Shown: piece after piece, positions 41,637 through 55,498 of the stretch
Layout of the letters: every line of letters begins with the position of its first letter
Position numbering within the stretch: position 1 is the stretch's first letter
Origin: Eledone cirrhosa
Taxonomy: Eukaryota
Assembly: GCA_964016885.1 (NCBI GenBank)
Contig: OZ024741.1
Coordinates: 19,840,001-19,904,000 of the forward strand
Direction: 5' to 3'
DNA: 64,000 nt
Program-made: the position numbers and the translations under genes
Notes under the pieces: generated by a model
What the model was told of the DNA's origin: nothing
Databases searched by the model: none
What the model saw: only the letters and a program-made list of their open reading frames with translations

Positions 41637-44451
41637 TCATGCTGCAAATGTGCATCTTCTCTGGTATCTGCATGTCATGATAATTTCAGACTTCAGGTTG
41701 ACGGCGTCATCCTTCAGTCTGACTATCTCCATGGCCTCGTGTAGGCACAATCGGCACTTTATACTTCCGGCCGAATATGTTCTCGCGTGGCGAACGATAC
41801 TCTATTCCAGGGCATATGGAGTGCCGTGGTCTTAAATGTCCCACACGAGGTCCGCTAACCTAGTGGAGTACCTTTTGCTACGGTCCTTGAAGGAATTAGT
41901 GTGATTATACATCCGCGATTTAAAGGTCGTGGATGTTGCGCCTATGTAGGTTCGATGCGCATTCTGGGTCGTAACCACACACTTGTATATTAAGTCTTTC
42001 ATTAAGCATTTTCCCTGTAGGGGGCACTGGGTGCCCGCTCTACAGTTGCAGGTTTTGCTGTCATTTCTTGTGCGTCCGATGTCCGGGCCCCGATCAGTTA
42101 TGGCCGACACATTTGTCCCCCCCCCCCCTATGCCACTATTTCCCTCTCGGTGTTGGACCATATCGCCCTCGGCTGGCGCTCTGGTCGCCTCGGGGACCGG
42201 GTTGTCATTTGAAGGCGGGTCCCTAGGTGGTTCCCCGCGCTCCGAAACATGGTCACTCTGTCGGCGCGGTTGACGGCCAGTGTGCGCCATCTTCACCGTG
42301 TTAGTTCTAGCCATGTAGTCGGCCATTCGGCGCCGTGGAGAAGGAAAATTTCACCGTGTGGCGGTTGAAGATTTGTTGGTACTTATTTGTCGTCGGAAAC
42401 CACTCCTCCACCGCTCGGAAGAAAAGTCCTGGCACGTTGGTGCGTACATGTTTAGAGTAAGGCGCATTGAACCAGGTAACGGCCTTAGATCTGTTCCTTC
42501 GTGTGCGTGGATTCTTGTTGTTGTGTCCAGGGCTGGGTGTCCGTCCAGTGCTCTGCCCAACCACAATTTTGTCTCGTGTGTTGTCCCTGTCTATTTGCCC
42601 ACTACGTTCTTCGTGGTTATGTTCTACAGTTATAAATTTACGTCGTTCTATGTGGTCATCTATACGTCTATTCCCCTTAGGTCTATGTGATGCTATTGTC
42701 AGTGCTGTGGCACTAGAACTAGACTGGTCGTGCTCCGTGGCGTGTGCCTCGTTCTTATTTGTCGAAGTCCTGTCCAAGGTCCCAGTTGCCACTGAGTATG
42801 CGGTGTGCGTGCCAGGCCTATGCCTCAGCACACCGGGTGGTCTGGCTCCCATGGGTGCCTTAGTCCTATCTCTGGTCGGTCCTGTGTCATTAAAGTTAGT
42901 AGTGTTGTTATTCGTGTTCCTGGCTACTGCTACCGGGTCAATTCTTCTACCTAAGGAGGCGCCCTCACTATTGGCATTTCTGCACGCCATATCATTAGGC
43001 TCTACTCTATCCGGGGTATATATTATGGTGTATTTGTAACCGACCCTGCGCAATGCCTCATTATAATATTTGGCGTGCTGTTCAAACACTTCTGCGTTCG
43101 ACAACAGGGTGGATACGCGTTTTGATACCCCTTTAACTATGGCTTCTATGACTGACTTAGGGTGATTCGATTGCCTGTTCACATATTGCAGGTTTTCGTT
43201 GGGTTTATGGTACGGTCTGTGTATGTCCGTATTCATTTCCAAGGTAACGTCCAGGAAATTGACCGTCTTAGTGCTAGTATCAATTGCCACGGATAAGCCG
43301 TGTTGTTTAAAAAAATGCGATATGCGCTTCCTCATGCGCTCCATCTGACTGGGGTTAAGGGAACCGAAGGTGAAAAGTGCGTCGTCTCTGTATATTCTAC
43401 CTCCGATCACGGGGATCTCCTCCGTCAGCCTATGGATGAGATATATCCCCACCAGATCGGTCACCTGCGCCGAGTCACTTGACCCCATGGTGATATCGAA
43501 ACTGTCGGGTCTGTCCCTCCTCTCCCATAACTTGTCTTCGAAATTAATTAGCGTCTTTCTGGCTGCTACTATGAGGTTGGTCTCGTTTCTAGTGAGGCTA
43601 GATCTGGCCATGGTGCTTATTAGGGCCTTATTGACTAGTATCGGAGATACTGACGCATAATAGCTATCTATGTCTAACTGAATAAAATTTACTTGGTGTT
43701 TGTCACCTATTAACGAGAACCTGTCAATTACCTCCTGAGTGGAGGTCCATAGGCTAAGCTTAGTTTTATTTCTAAGTACCGGTATTATCCTATCTATAAT
43801 ATTCTTACTGGTCTTTCCTAGGTCGGATTTGGAGGGTGCTATTAACTTAACCGGTAGTTTAGTTTTAAAGTCTAATTTGTGGTCCTTAATAGATATCCGT
43901 GGTTTTCTAGGTACATATACCTCGGTCCTATCCTCTAGTCCTAGCCCCGTCATTATATTTTTTGCCGTGGCGTTAATACTATCTAAATTTGTCTGTCCAG
44001 TCGTACTATAGTTTTTCCTAATCTCTTTCCCGAGGCAGTCATTATATGTAAAACGGTCAAGCATGTATACGTTAACAGTCCTGTCCGAGGGCACGAGTAA
44101 ATCCTGGCATCTTTCCATGCTTTTGATGGTGGATCCGAGACTTTTGAGATATTTTGTCCGTCGCGCAGTATTCCTATGGAACTTGATGTTACGAACTATG
44201 TTGACAATACGGTTTTCAGATTCCTCCAGCTGTGCATTGTGTGGTGGGTGTCTTCTCGATCTAAATATCCGCTTTAGGCGGCCCTGAGGGGCGTCTGGCG
44301 CTTGTTGTTGTGTCCGCCTGTCATGGTGAAATGCGTGCCACCTCATGCGTCTGATGAACGAGTTGGTGTGATATAACAGCAAGCCCATGTACGTGTTATC
44401 TGACGGGATCGCTATATCTTTCATGAAAGAAGAGTAGTTGAATTTTTCCAT
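41637..44451 (-). pseudogene. PLE ORF: reverse transcriptase + Cys linker + GIY-YIG endonuclease (one frameshift near 42330, stops at ~41833 and ~41803)
   Basis: FIQLDIDSYYAS, FDITMGSSD, IYRDDAL, VNFLDVTL, SNHP, WFNAPYS, CNCR..CPLQGKC..LIYKC..YIGAT..FKSR..NH..SF, CRLCLHE. Confidence 0.9.
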
Positions 44452-45157
44452 GGCGAATCGCTGTAAGCGCTCTACTTGTGGAGGAGCGTGGTATATAGTT
44501 GTGTATAGTGGTAGCAATGGTGCTTCCATAGGCGGTATGCCAAAATTAGCACTCGATATTCATCAGAGTAGAGTGTATATATTATAAAGGAAACGAAAAA
44601 TCAGTGATGCATCTCGAATTAGTTTATTTCGTGTTACAAATGTTTCGCCTGCATGTAACTCGAGTCATGGTCCTTGTATGGATCTGGCTGATTCTACTTC
44701 TGCGGGTTCTTTCAGGGACGAGTGTTACGCCCGGAGCAAATGTTATCACTGGGGTGTTATCATCAAAACAGCACCCGCAAAAAACCCTATCTCCACTCTT
44801 GTCATGCTATTGGCTGTTTTTACTCCATGTCATCATATATTGTAAAATATATGATGACGTACAAAATATTGTAATTTATTTATGTATTTTATTTTATTAT
44901 CATATTGTGTTTATGTTCACGAGTTTTTATGTGTAGACATGTGTGTGGGTATATGTGCGTGTGTGTGTGAGTAGATGCGTATGTATGTATATATATATAC
45001 GTAGGTGGGCGCCGGGGTGTGTGTATGGGCATGGGTGCGTGTGTGCACGAGCTTATACGCGCTTGTAGGTGCAGAAGTGTGCATATGTATACATATGTGG
45101 CGGAATGTGCGTGTATGTGTGTGTGGGTGTGTGTATATGTGTGTCTATATATGAGCA

Positions 45158-45207
<50 letters not shown>

Positions 45208-45934
45208 TATATGTGTATGTGTGAGTATGTAAGTACAGCCATGTATGAGTAGGTGTGTGTGTGTGTGTGCGGGTGGGTAAGCGTGTGTATATCTATGTGT
45301 GTGTGTATGTATATATATGTGGATGTGTATGTGGGTGCAGGTGCATGCATTTGCGGGCCTCTATATGTGTGTATATGTATTTGTGCATACAAGTATGTGT
45401 TTATGTGCATCTCATAGGAATGTGTGCGGATGATTATATATGGACTATATATGCTTTTTATTATGATTACTATTATTATTGTTGTATTATTTTATCACAT
45501 ATCCTCTATATATATCCGTATATGTATGCATGAGTCCGTGTACGTGTGTGTGTGTGTATGTGTGTATATATATATGTGTATATATGTGTGTGTATATATG
45601 TATAATAAGGGGATATATATATATACATATATATCATATTACATTGTATATTTTTTTATGTTACGATAATTTACCGTTATTATACTGTTTTTATTGCATA
45701 ATGTATTTTTAACTGTTCACTTACATATGTATATGTGGTGGCACTTTTGTGTGTGTAGGCAGATGTGCATGCGTGCAGGTATATGCATGTGGCAACACGT
45801 ATGCGTATGCATGTGTAGATGTATGTATATCGGCATATGCGTGGGTATTTGTATGTATATGTGTGGATGTGCGTACGCATGTTAAGTTGTCCCTTTTCTT
45901 TCGTGTGTATATATGTATATATATATATATATAT

Positions 45935-46390
45935 AAATATACCATCGCCATTCCTTTAACAGAATAGATAAGAGAAAATGTACGGCCCTTTCTGAATTGA
46001 TCTGGAAGCTCAAACTTGAAAAGACCCGGCACTCTCTGGTCGGGTCCGTGGTTAGAAAGGTTCCCCCAGACAGAGGCGGGTCTGGTATTTGCAACCTCTG
46101 TCTTAGTGAGACACTCGAGATTCTTCATGGCGGAACCAAGCTATTAAACAGAAGGGCCGACTTATTCGTTGCCTGCAGATACCTAAGGACGGGAACTTTC
46201 CTCAAGCTATATGGATAAACCCCGGTTACGGCCTCCCACAACCCCCCCCCCCTGTAGGTCCCCTACACCCCGTACCAATGACCAATGGACAACAACAACC
46301 ACCCATAGTTTGTGGTCCCTATGGTGGATGGTCCACCGGATCCTCTACTGGTTAGGAGTCATCAAAACCACGTTTTATTGAACCTGATTT
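45935..46390 (+). mobile_element. Naiad-type PLE C-terminal fragment
   Basis: HRHSFN..TALSELIWKLK..CNLCLSETLEI..LLNRRADLFVACRY. Confidence 0.75.
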
Positions 46391-46784
46391 TATATATATA
46401 TATGTATCATGTGTATATATGTATATATTTTATATGTGTATATATGTGTATTTTATATATATGTATATATTTTATGTGTATATGTATATGTATGTGTATT
46501 CTATATATATATATGTGTTTTATGTGTTTATATATTTTCTGCATGTGTGTATTTTATGTATATATATATTTTTTATATTTTTATATGTATATCATTTCAT
46601 TTCATCATTTCATTTTTTTACGTCCACTTTTCCCTGCTTGCAAGGGTGGGACGGCAACTGATTCTGGCTTGATTTCTACAGCTGGTTGCCCTTCCTAACA
46701 CCAACCTCATTTACAGTGAGTGCTGGGTGCTTTTTTTGCCGTGGCACCTCCACGACCACTTTGCAGTGGAATGATATGGATCTC

Positions 46785-46860
46785 AGTCCCTACAGCTGAG
46801 TAAACTGGAGCAATGTGAAATAAAGTGTCTTGCTCAAGGAAACAACACATCACCCGGTCT
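46785..46860 (-). mobile_element. CORE-like SINE fragment
   Basis: Minus strand TTTCCTTGAGCAAGACACTTTATTTCAC resembles the CORE domain; related copy at 52435-52650. Confidence 0.55.
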
Positions 46861-47540
46861 CTGTGTATATATATATATTTTATATATATATTTACTTGTG
46901 CGTACATACATGCATACATGTATATATATACACACCTGTTTGGATTTGTGTGTGTAGATGTGTGAGTGTTTGAGGGGGTAGGTGTGAGTGTATGTACAAG
47001 TGAACCAGCATAAACCTTTTATTTCTATATTTTCTAAACTATCTAAGTATTGGACTCTAACCATAATATTAAGTATTACCACCCCACTTTTAGTATGTGT
47101 GGATGTGTGTGTGTGTGTCTGTGGAGGTGGGTGTGAGTGTAGTGCAAGCCAACCTACATAAGTCTTTTTATTTGTAAATTTTCTACTCTAACCATAATTT
47201 TCAGTAGCACCACTCCACATAAATTCTTCAATGTAAGAATGACCTGTAGTATCTATTTCATACTATTAACCTTAATTGAATATATATCTGACCAGGAATG
47301 CATTTTGTGAAAATCAGTCATATGGAACTATTGTCATCTTGCCTGATGGTTTGAACTTTACAACACCACCTGCCTCTTTGAGGTCAAATACCAACCCTAC
47401 TAGCATCTACAAACTGACCAATGAGAATTAAGACTATTCCTGCTGACAACATTAAATTATTCCTAACAAGCTCATATGTCCCAAGGCTCTGATACCATCA
47501 ACACTATAAACACAGATCTGGCATATCTAAGAACTGACTA

Positions 47541-47596
47541 ACTGCCTGATGAGGTCATAGCCATTCAATGGCTATCATCGAAATATATATAGCAGT
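47541..47596 (+). ncRNA. Minimal type I hammerhead ribozyme
   Basis: actgc-CTGATGA-ggtcatagcca ttcaa tggctatcatc-GAAA-tatata-TA-gcagt. Confidence 0.85.
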
Positions 47597-47637
47597 AAAT
47601 AAAGGATTATGAGTTCATGCAATTGACTTATGTTTCG

Positions 47638-47699
<62 letters not shown>

Positions 47700-47701
<2 letters not shown>

Positions 47702-48241
47702 TCGTTTCTGAATTTGTTTAGCAAGATTCTTTATCTGAAATCGTGTGTTGAAACCGATATTGTTATACTTTGGGAGGGTCGTGTTGCCAATAAGAAACAC
47801 ACGCACCAGTTGCTTTCACTTCAATTTAATTTAATATATATTTATAAATTTACAAATTTATAAATTTCTGGTTGGTTGGTTGGTTCCACAACCAGATAGT
47901 TGTTTATATATATATAGTCATAGTTCTTTCGTCACACACTCTGTGACCTCTTCAGTGACTGGGGATTTCTTTCTTCGTTTCTGAAAATGGCGTAGGATAG
48001 AAGAAAGGAAAGGCACAGAAACGAAGAAAGAAATCCCCAGTCACTGAAGAGGTCACAGAGTGTGTGACGAAAGAACTATGACTATATATATATAAACAAC
48101 TATCTGGTTGTGGAACCAACCAACCAACCAGAAATTTATAAATTTGTAAATTTATAAATATATATTAAATTAAATTGAAGTGAAAGCAACTGGTGCGTGT
48201 GTTTCTTATTGGCAACATGACCCTCCCAAAGTATAACAATA

Positions 48242-48242
<1 letters not shown>
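47700..48242. mobile_element. Palindromic PLE-type remnant, ~225-bp near-perfect arms, HHR in each arm
   Basis: 47757-47982 is inverted versus 48016-48241; HHR agtca-CTGAAGA-g gtcaca gagtg tgtgac-GAAA-gaac-TA-tgact at 48039-48083 (+) and 47916-47960 (-). Confidence 0.85.
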
Positions 48243-48272
<30 letters not shown>

Positions 48273-48400
48273 GTGTGTGTGTGTGTATGAATGTACGTGT
48301 GTAAGTAATGTTTATCTACGTATGTGTATTCGTATGTATGTGTGGACATGTGTGAGTATACATTTATATATATACGTGTGTGTATGTATTTATGTGTATG

Positions 48401-48443
<43 letters not shown>

Positions 48444-49310
48444 ATACATGTGTGTATATATGTATATATGGGTGTGTATGTGTATATGTGTGTGTATGAG
48501 TGTGTGTATATATATAGTTATATATATATATATTTAAATGTATAGAAGGTTGGGCGAATGTGTATGTGCGCGCGTATTTATGTATATATGTGTTCGTTTG
48601 AGTAGGATATGCTTATCCTAATTGATACAGAGCGCGATGTAAACAACCGTCAGAAGGCTTGTGCCGATATGTATCAACAAGTGGGTGTGACTGGGTCCGT
48701 GGAAGTGAGGGAGAGAGAGTGTGTGAGTATATATACTGCGATGTATGTATGTGAGGGTGGGGGTGTCTGCGCATGTAGGCGTACGAGTGTGAATGCATAG
48801 ATAAGTATGTGTCTGCATGTGTGTGTGTTTTTATGTGTGTATTCTAGTACGTGTGGGTGCTTACTCTGAAGTGTGAGCAGACGTGTGAAGTACTGAACCC
48901 AGAATCACTCCATTGAAATGTGTCGGACGGAAAATGGTTGATGACCCGTGTGGCAGCAGATACTGACCAGAACTTGTGATGACGTGGATTAAAAACAGCC
49001 AATGGCATGACAAGAGTGGAAATAGGGTTTTTTGAGGGTGTTTTTTATGATAACAGCCCAGTGATAAAATTTGCTCCGGACGTAACACCCGTGCCTGAAA
49101 GAACCCGCAGAAATAGAATCAGCCAGATCCATACAAGGACCATGACTCGAGCCACATGCCGGCGAAACATTTGTAACACGAAATAAACTAAGTCCAGATA
49201 CATCACTGATTTTTTCGTTTCCTTTATAATATATACACTCTACTCTGATGAATATCGAGTGCTAATTTTGGCATACCGCCTATGGAAGCACCATTGCTAC
49301 CACTATACAC

Positions 49311-49364
<54 letters not shown>

Positions 49365-49409
49365 CCTATGTAACCTATATACACTAGTCACAGACACACA
49401 CACACACAT

Positions 49410-49522
<113 letters not shown>

Positions 49523-49719
49523 CACAAACACATACACACACACTGGGAGAAACCCTTCTTATTTAGCAGGAAATATTCGTTACACACATCCTGTCCACAA
49601 GTTATATGATACATATGACTTAATATTCAGTTACCAAATTTGAGTTAGATACAGTAATGCTGTATACGATTCTTTGAAGTCAACTGTTATAATTTCATTC
49701 AACAACACCATCATTGTCT

Positions 49720-49853
<134 letters not shown>

Positions 49854-50719
49854 ATTTCCCTTCTCTGTCTCTTTCTCTCTATCTCTCTCTCTCTCTCTCT
49901 ATGTCTCTCTTTCAATCTACTCTCTTACAACCACTATCGCTTTCTCTCTATCTTTCTCTCTGTCTATTTCTGAAGGTACACGAAAAAGAACCCGTATCTC
50001 GGGAAACCATGCTCCGATTTACACGAAACTTGTTTTATTCCATTTATATTCCCATTTCAGGGGCAACTTGCTTTCAAAGTATTTTTCCATTATGCGCCGT
50101 TTTGGCCGCATTACATTAGTTTTAGTAGTTTATATATACATGTATCATCAGGAATGCGGGCATTCCTGACGATTTCATCGGATAAAATTGTTCTAGTCAT
50201 GTAAAAGCCATTTTCTATCTAAACTATAATAAAGAAAGGAGTGCGGGACTGCATCCAGAATAATTTTTTTTATCCCGTTTGTAAAATAAGTTGGATTACT
50301 TTGAATAAATAATGAATGAATATTACATAATATATCTACTAAATTTCGTAACTAAATTTTCGAAAATAAATAATTTAAAATTGACTTCTTTTCAAAGTTA
50401 CAAATTTCTAGACTTCCGGTATATCGTCGCCACCACCACTTCAACTACCATATATATAAAAAGAGAGAGTGTGTGATGAGAGAGATAGAGTTATTATGAC
50501 TTTCTACACGCTGACGCGTATGATTGTGCGCATACATACATCTATATGTATATAACTATAATCGCGGAAACACAAACTTATAAAAATACACATCTCACGG
50601 ACATACATTCAGATAAATACACAGACTTTCACCCAAAAACATTCACACATACATTTACACAAACATACAGTCATGATAGCGTTCGGTGAATTGGAAATGG
50701 GAGGGTAAAACAAGTATAA

Positions 50720-51385
50720 CGTTTTATTTATTTATTAACAAGACAGTTTAACCCTTTTTTTAAGCTCATTTGTAAAAAGAATTAATATAATGATTACAGA
50801 ACGAAAACACTAACTAATATAATATATACAAAGGAAAGGGGAAGGAAAAAAAGAAAGAGAAATAATACACAAGCACGTAATACCCACATCTTAGACCACA
50901 TAGAACAAAATGCAGTCGAAAGAATGGAAAAACGAGACGCTACCAGAGCAAAAGATAGCAATGTAGCGAGGAGCACTGGGAAACCTCTCTAATAATTTTT
51001 GAGGCAGGCCAGCACGCTCGCGGCGTTACCTGAGGTGATGGCGAGGCTGAAGTGCTGGAACAACCAAGTGCCCTCACGAGCATCACCAGTTACCTCTGTT
51101 TGGCGAGCCGCCCGTGAAGATAAGAACCTCGCTGTCAGTAGCCCGACTCCCCCAAACGTCTCGAACGCCACAGGCTGGATAATGTAGTTAGCTGACTGAA
51201 CACGGTATTTTAGGATTTTGTTCCGTTCAGCTGCGGATGCTGTAACTCTCGCCCTTACCGCTGCATCCAGGATATGGGAAGAAGCAAAAGAGTCACTAAC
51301 TGTGACGTCCCAGATAAGGCACCTGCCTCTTGACCAGGAACACAGAGTAAGACCGTCAAGTCTTTTCCCATCAATTCTGGACAAC
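50720..51385 (-). mobile_element. CRE-like RLE non-LTR retrotransposon 3' end
   Basis: DGKRLDGLTL..W..GR.LIWDVTV.D..AE..K..KY..PVAFETFG..FQ..SLAI..GNAASV. Confidence 0.75.
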
Positions 51386-51619
51386 CCAAAACAGTTCCAA
51401 AATTGAGGGGTTGTTTGCCGGGGCTAAAGCTCTTGAGTGGTGATAGGACAATGTGTGTATGTGCACGCGTGAGTTTGTCGGTGTTCTCAAATTAGAGACG
51501 TGTGTGTGTTACTGTTTTTAAGTTAGAGACATATATATGTGTGTATCCCTTTCCTTCCTTTTACACACACATACATTCACACAAACACACAAACACTGTG
51601 TGATGGACGGGTGGACAGA

Positions 51620-52260
51620 AATTCCTCAAATGTATATACATGTGAATGGAGTTCTACTGAAGCAGTTAGAGAAGTTCACGTATCTTGGAGCCGTGTTAAT
51701 GAGTGATGGAATGCAGAAGGCTGAATTAAGTGCAAGAATTGCAAAAGCTGATGCATCAGCCTCAGTATTCAGCAATCAGAAGAAACGGGTAGGTGTAAAA
51801 GCCAAACTCACTGCCAACTCTTACTGAGGATCGTCAATCTTGAGTAATGACCAAAAGAATACAATTGCAAATAAAAGCGGCAGAAATGGGATTCCTCCGA
51901 AGGGTCTTTGGAGTAACGTTACTCGATAAAGTGCATAACTCAGAGACCAGAGAGTCACTCCTGGTAGAGCCGCTACTTCTCCGAATTGAGAGATCACAAC
52001 TCCGATATTATGAGCATGTGGTTAGAATGTCTCAGTAAAGAATCGCTGGACACATTTTACAGGCAAAACCAACCGTCAAGAGACCTAGAGGTAGACTCTA
52101 TGCAAGATAGTTGGATAACACCCATGAGCTTGGCTGATCACGCTTTGGGATCCAGCTGGATCAGTTAGAGATGTTTGCTACTGACAGGCTCGCTGGAAGG
52201 CGTGTTTGAGAAGGACTCTGCCCCCACGACCCTCTCAGAAATAAGTGGGTGAAGAAGATT
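51620..52260 (+). mobile_element. RTE-clade LINE 3' fragment
   Basis: LKQLEKFTYLG..ELSARIAKA; AAEMGFLRRV.GVTLLDKV.N..LLRIERSQLRYYEHVVRM; GAAGAAGA tail. Confidence 0.85.
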
Positions 52261-52434
52261 ATATTGTCAATTTACTGTTCAATTTACATATATATATTTG
52301 CGTATAATACCAATATGCACCCTACATATGCATATAGTTCAAGAGCTGTCTGCGTGTGTGCTGCCAATCGCTAAATATGCGTGTGTTGTAATGTTACTGT
52401 GTGTGGAGGGTGTGTGGTCCATTTACGTTGATCT

Positions 52435-52650
52435 GAGTGTGTCTTAGTGATTAGTGTGTTCGACTCATGATGGTAAGGTAGCAAGTTCGATTCCTAGTGG
52501 TGCTTTATGTCCTTGAGGAAGACAATATTTCATTTTGATCCAGTCCACTCAGCTGGCAGTGTGTTGTACCTTTAATTCAAATGAGCAGCCTGGTCACACA
52601 TTGTGTCACACTGAATCTCCCGGAGAACTAAGTTAGAGGCTCACATGTCT
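52435..52650 (+). mobile_element. CORE-like tRNA-derived SINE
   Basis: Degenerate A box, B box AGTTCGATTCC, and TGTCCTTGAGGAAGACA. Confidence 0.6.
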
Positions 52651-52839
52651 CAGGAATGGTCAGCTACATTGTATGTATGAATGATCTCGTCGGGGATGAT
52701 GAAGTCGTGGGAGCAGCGTATTGACATACGGCGTTTCTTGGGTATTTTAAAACCTGGTTGATCCCATCTCCTCTCCAGATCTGAGTACAGTAGATTTCTT
52801 CCTGAGAAGGGTAGAGATAGAGAGAGAAGGAAAGAGGAG

Positions 52840-52998
52840 GAATCGACCTCAATGCTAGACTGGTACTTATTTATCGATCTCAAATGGATGAAAGGCAAAA
52901 TTGACTTCGGCAGAATTTAAACTCAGAGATCAAAGTGCAGAAACAAATACTGCTACGTATTCTATCCGACGTTCTGACGACTCTGCCAATTCACCACC
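52840..52998 (-). mobile_element. Diverged tRNA-derived SINE
   Basis: CTGGTACTTATTTATCGA..GGATGAAAGGCAAA body. Confidence 0.7.
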
Positions 52999-53433
52999 TT
53001 ACCCATGTTAACCAACGCTAAACATTTCCTGTCGTGGAAAAGAAAAATATAACATTACGTACTACACTTAATTCGTTTTGTTTGGGCTGCGAAACCTTTA
53101 AAATATTTATTGATTTCTTTTATTTTACTTTTCTTAGTTTCACTCCTACTGCAGCAATATTATTTGAATTTGTTACATCTTTGACTATTTGTTGGCCTGG
53201 CTACGGCCCCAACTGTTTATATCTTATTAGATTGTCTGCATGAATCGAATAGTTAAGTCATTATTAACATATTTCGGTGGAAGGCGTCCGTTTCACCAAC
53301 GACTACACAGACACCGGTTGCGGGTTTCTATATTTTCAACAAAGAAACGCAGAACAACAAAAACTATCAAAAGAAATCTAATGTAAGAAAGAAAAAATGT
53401 AAAACTATTTTCATTTCTATGTTTTTAACAACA

Positions 53434-53538
<105 letters not shown>

Positions 53539-53744
53539 ATATATATATATATACAGAGATATCCACGGTAAGTTGTGGGGTACTAGTCTGCAAGAAGAAC
53601 TCAATGTAATCCATATGTTGAAAATGTTGTAGGTTAAAATAAATCCCGGAAAACAATAAAACATCAAAAGGAAAACAGAGTTATGATATAAGTTAAAACA
53701 ATGAAATAAAAATTCAAGTCATTAGAAATATACTTCACTGCTAT

Positions 53745-54123
53745 CACACCGAATTGGTGTGGGAAAGACAGGTACACATGTTGTTGAAGTGTGTTTTACT
53801 CCGTCAATACATCGATATGTCCAGCTCCTGGTTGTGAGGAACTGGAATGATATCATTCCAGTTCCTCAGGAGCTGGACATATCGATGTATTGACGGAGTA
53901 AAACACACTTCAACAACATGTGTACCTGTCTTTCCCACAATGATGGCTGTCACCGAAATATATATAGCAGTATATCTATAATTTATAATAAATGAAGCCA
54001 AATTTTACATATTTGACTTTATTATTTTACATTACTCCGGAGTAAACAAACCAACCTGCGTACTTCGTCGAGTGCTCCTATCTGCATACTGAGGTGTCGG
54101 TAAACAACCAACATATACTCAAA

Positions 54124-54125
<2 letters not shown>
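53745..54125. mobile_element. Fold-back PLE remnant (perfect ~70-bp arms, HHR 3' half, tail)
   Basis: 53760-53830 is inverted versus 53867-53937; same family as 3862-4230. Confidence 0.75.
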
Positions 54126-54183
<58 letters not shown>

Positions 54184-54639
54184 CCACACACACAGAGATA
54201 GAGAGAGAATTAGTTATTTGTAATGATAAACATGAAAACAATTAATTAAATAACAGTATATATTATTAGTCTTTAATAACTGATAGAATAACCGAACCCG
54301 GTATCGAACGAAGTAAAATATTTAAGTAAACCCATATGTAAGTTTAATATAGGTAGGACCATATAGATTCCAAAGGTTAATATTTATAATATAACTTGCT
54401 TTAAATGTCGGTGGTTAAGTGGTGCAACTGATGGTTACAAGATTGTATAACTGCTAATTTTAAATGGCAAAGACTGTTCAGAGATCAATCTCCGCGGACC
54501 AAGAAAAACAACTTTGCTTTTATTTTTGCCTCCTAGAAGAATGTAGAATGTGCGTGGAGTACAGCTCGCCTTGCCAACTCTAGCTGTGGCCATGTCTTAC
54601 TTCGGCATCGCGTGGAGCACAGCTCGACTTGCTGTTATT

Positions 54640-54818
54640 ATGGCAGTATCGGTAGAGGGTTGGACGCCATGCTTTCTAGCATAGTTACGTCCCTTTACGG
54701 TCTGAGTTCAAATCCCGTCGAGGTTAACTTTGCCTTTCATCCTTACGGGGTCGATAAAATAAAGTACCAGTAATGTACTCGGTAATTACTGACCTTGTGC
54801 CAAAAGTAGAAACAATTA
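54640..54818 (+). mobile_element. tRNA-derived SINE
   Basis: TGGCAGTATCGG..GAGTTCAAATCC..GTAGAAACAATTAT. Confidence 0.88.
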
Positions 54819-54824
54819 TATATG

Positions 54825-55457
54825 CAAATTGGCTGATCAGCCAAGCGAATACCCTCCATCAGGCATCTACCATACTCTGAACGCCTTGCTTCCCTGGGCA
54901 TGGATACATTGAAGCACCGACGTCTGGCAACTAACTTGGTAAACACCCACAACATTATTAACCATCTCGCCAACAACAACCCTGAGTACCTTTTTCATTT
55001 CCATGTGTCTAACACAGGTGGGCATGCCAACAGAGTCAGAAAATAGCACAGCTCCCATGACTTTCGGAAACATTTTTTCACGCTCAGAGTTGCTGAAGCA
55101 TGGAACAAACTACCTGCATCAGTTGTTAGCTGTCGAGACACTGCATCCTTTAAAACCTCCATGGAACAAACTCCCTGCATCAGTTGTTAGCCGTCGAGAC
55201 ACTGCATCCTTTAAAACCTCCATGGAACAAACTCCCTGCATCAGTTGTTGGCTTTTGAGTTACTGCATCCTTTAAAACCTCCATGCTTCCTGAGATTCAC
55301 CAACACTGAACCTTATATTCCTCCTCCATACACACGTACACAAGTATATCATGACTCATACACTACTCACTTCCCTGACATTTGTGTACATTATTCTATG
55401 TACTATACATGCACGTTTGATGAGTTGTAGTGCATCTGAGCACTGTACACAATAATT

Positions 55458-55497
<40 letters not shown>
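54825..55497 (+). mobile_element. CR1 LINE 3' end with internal ~64-bp triplication and (ATT)n tail
   Basis: AKRIPSIRHLPYSERLASLGMDTLKHRRL..FFTLRVAEAWNKLPASVV..SFK. Confidence 0.85.

Positions 55498-55498
<1 letters not shown>

Larger units (their letters stand above)
39680..49315. mobile_element. Large fold-back Naiad-type Penelope-like element with nested insertions (45.92-48.25 kb)
   Basis: Minus arm: pLTR+HHR 44830-44452, ORF, 3' UTR down to ~39700. Plus arm: 44865-45915 and 48265-48510 are the reverse complement of 39730-41056, continuing to pLTR+HHR+tail at 48975-49315. Confidence 0.85.

Noticed and set aside
41637-44451. Selenocysteine (UGA) recoding as reported for some Naiad PLEs
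   Set aside because: Internal stops seen are TAA and TAG, Cys positions are ordinary Cys codons, and no convincing SECIS by eye.
49243-49290. snoRNA/snRNA (TGATGA box, AATTTTGG Sm-like site)
   Set aside because: Lies in the PLE pLTR tail/5' leader; no D box or snRNA fold recognised.
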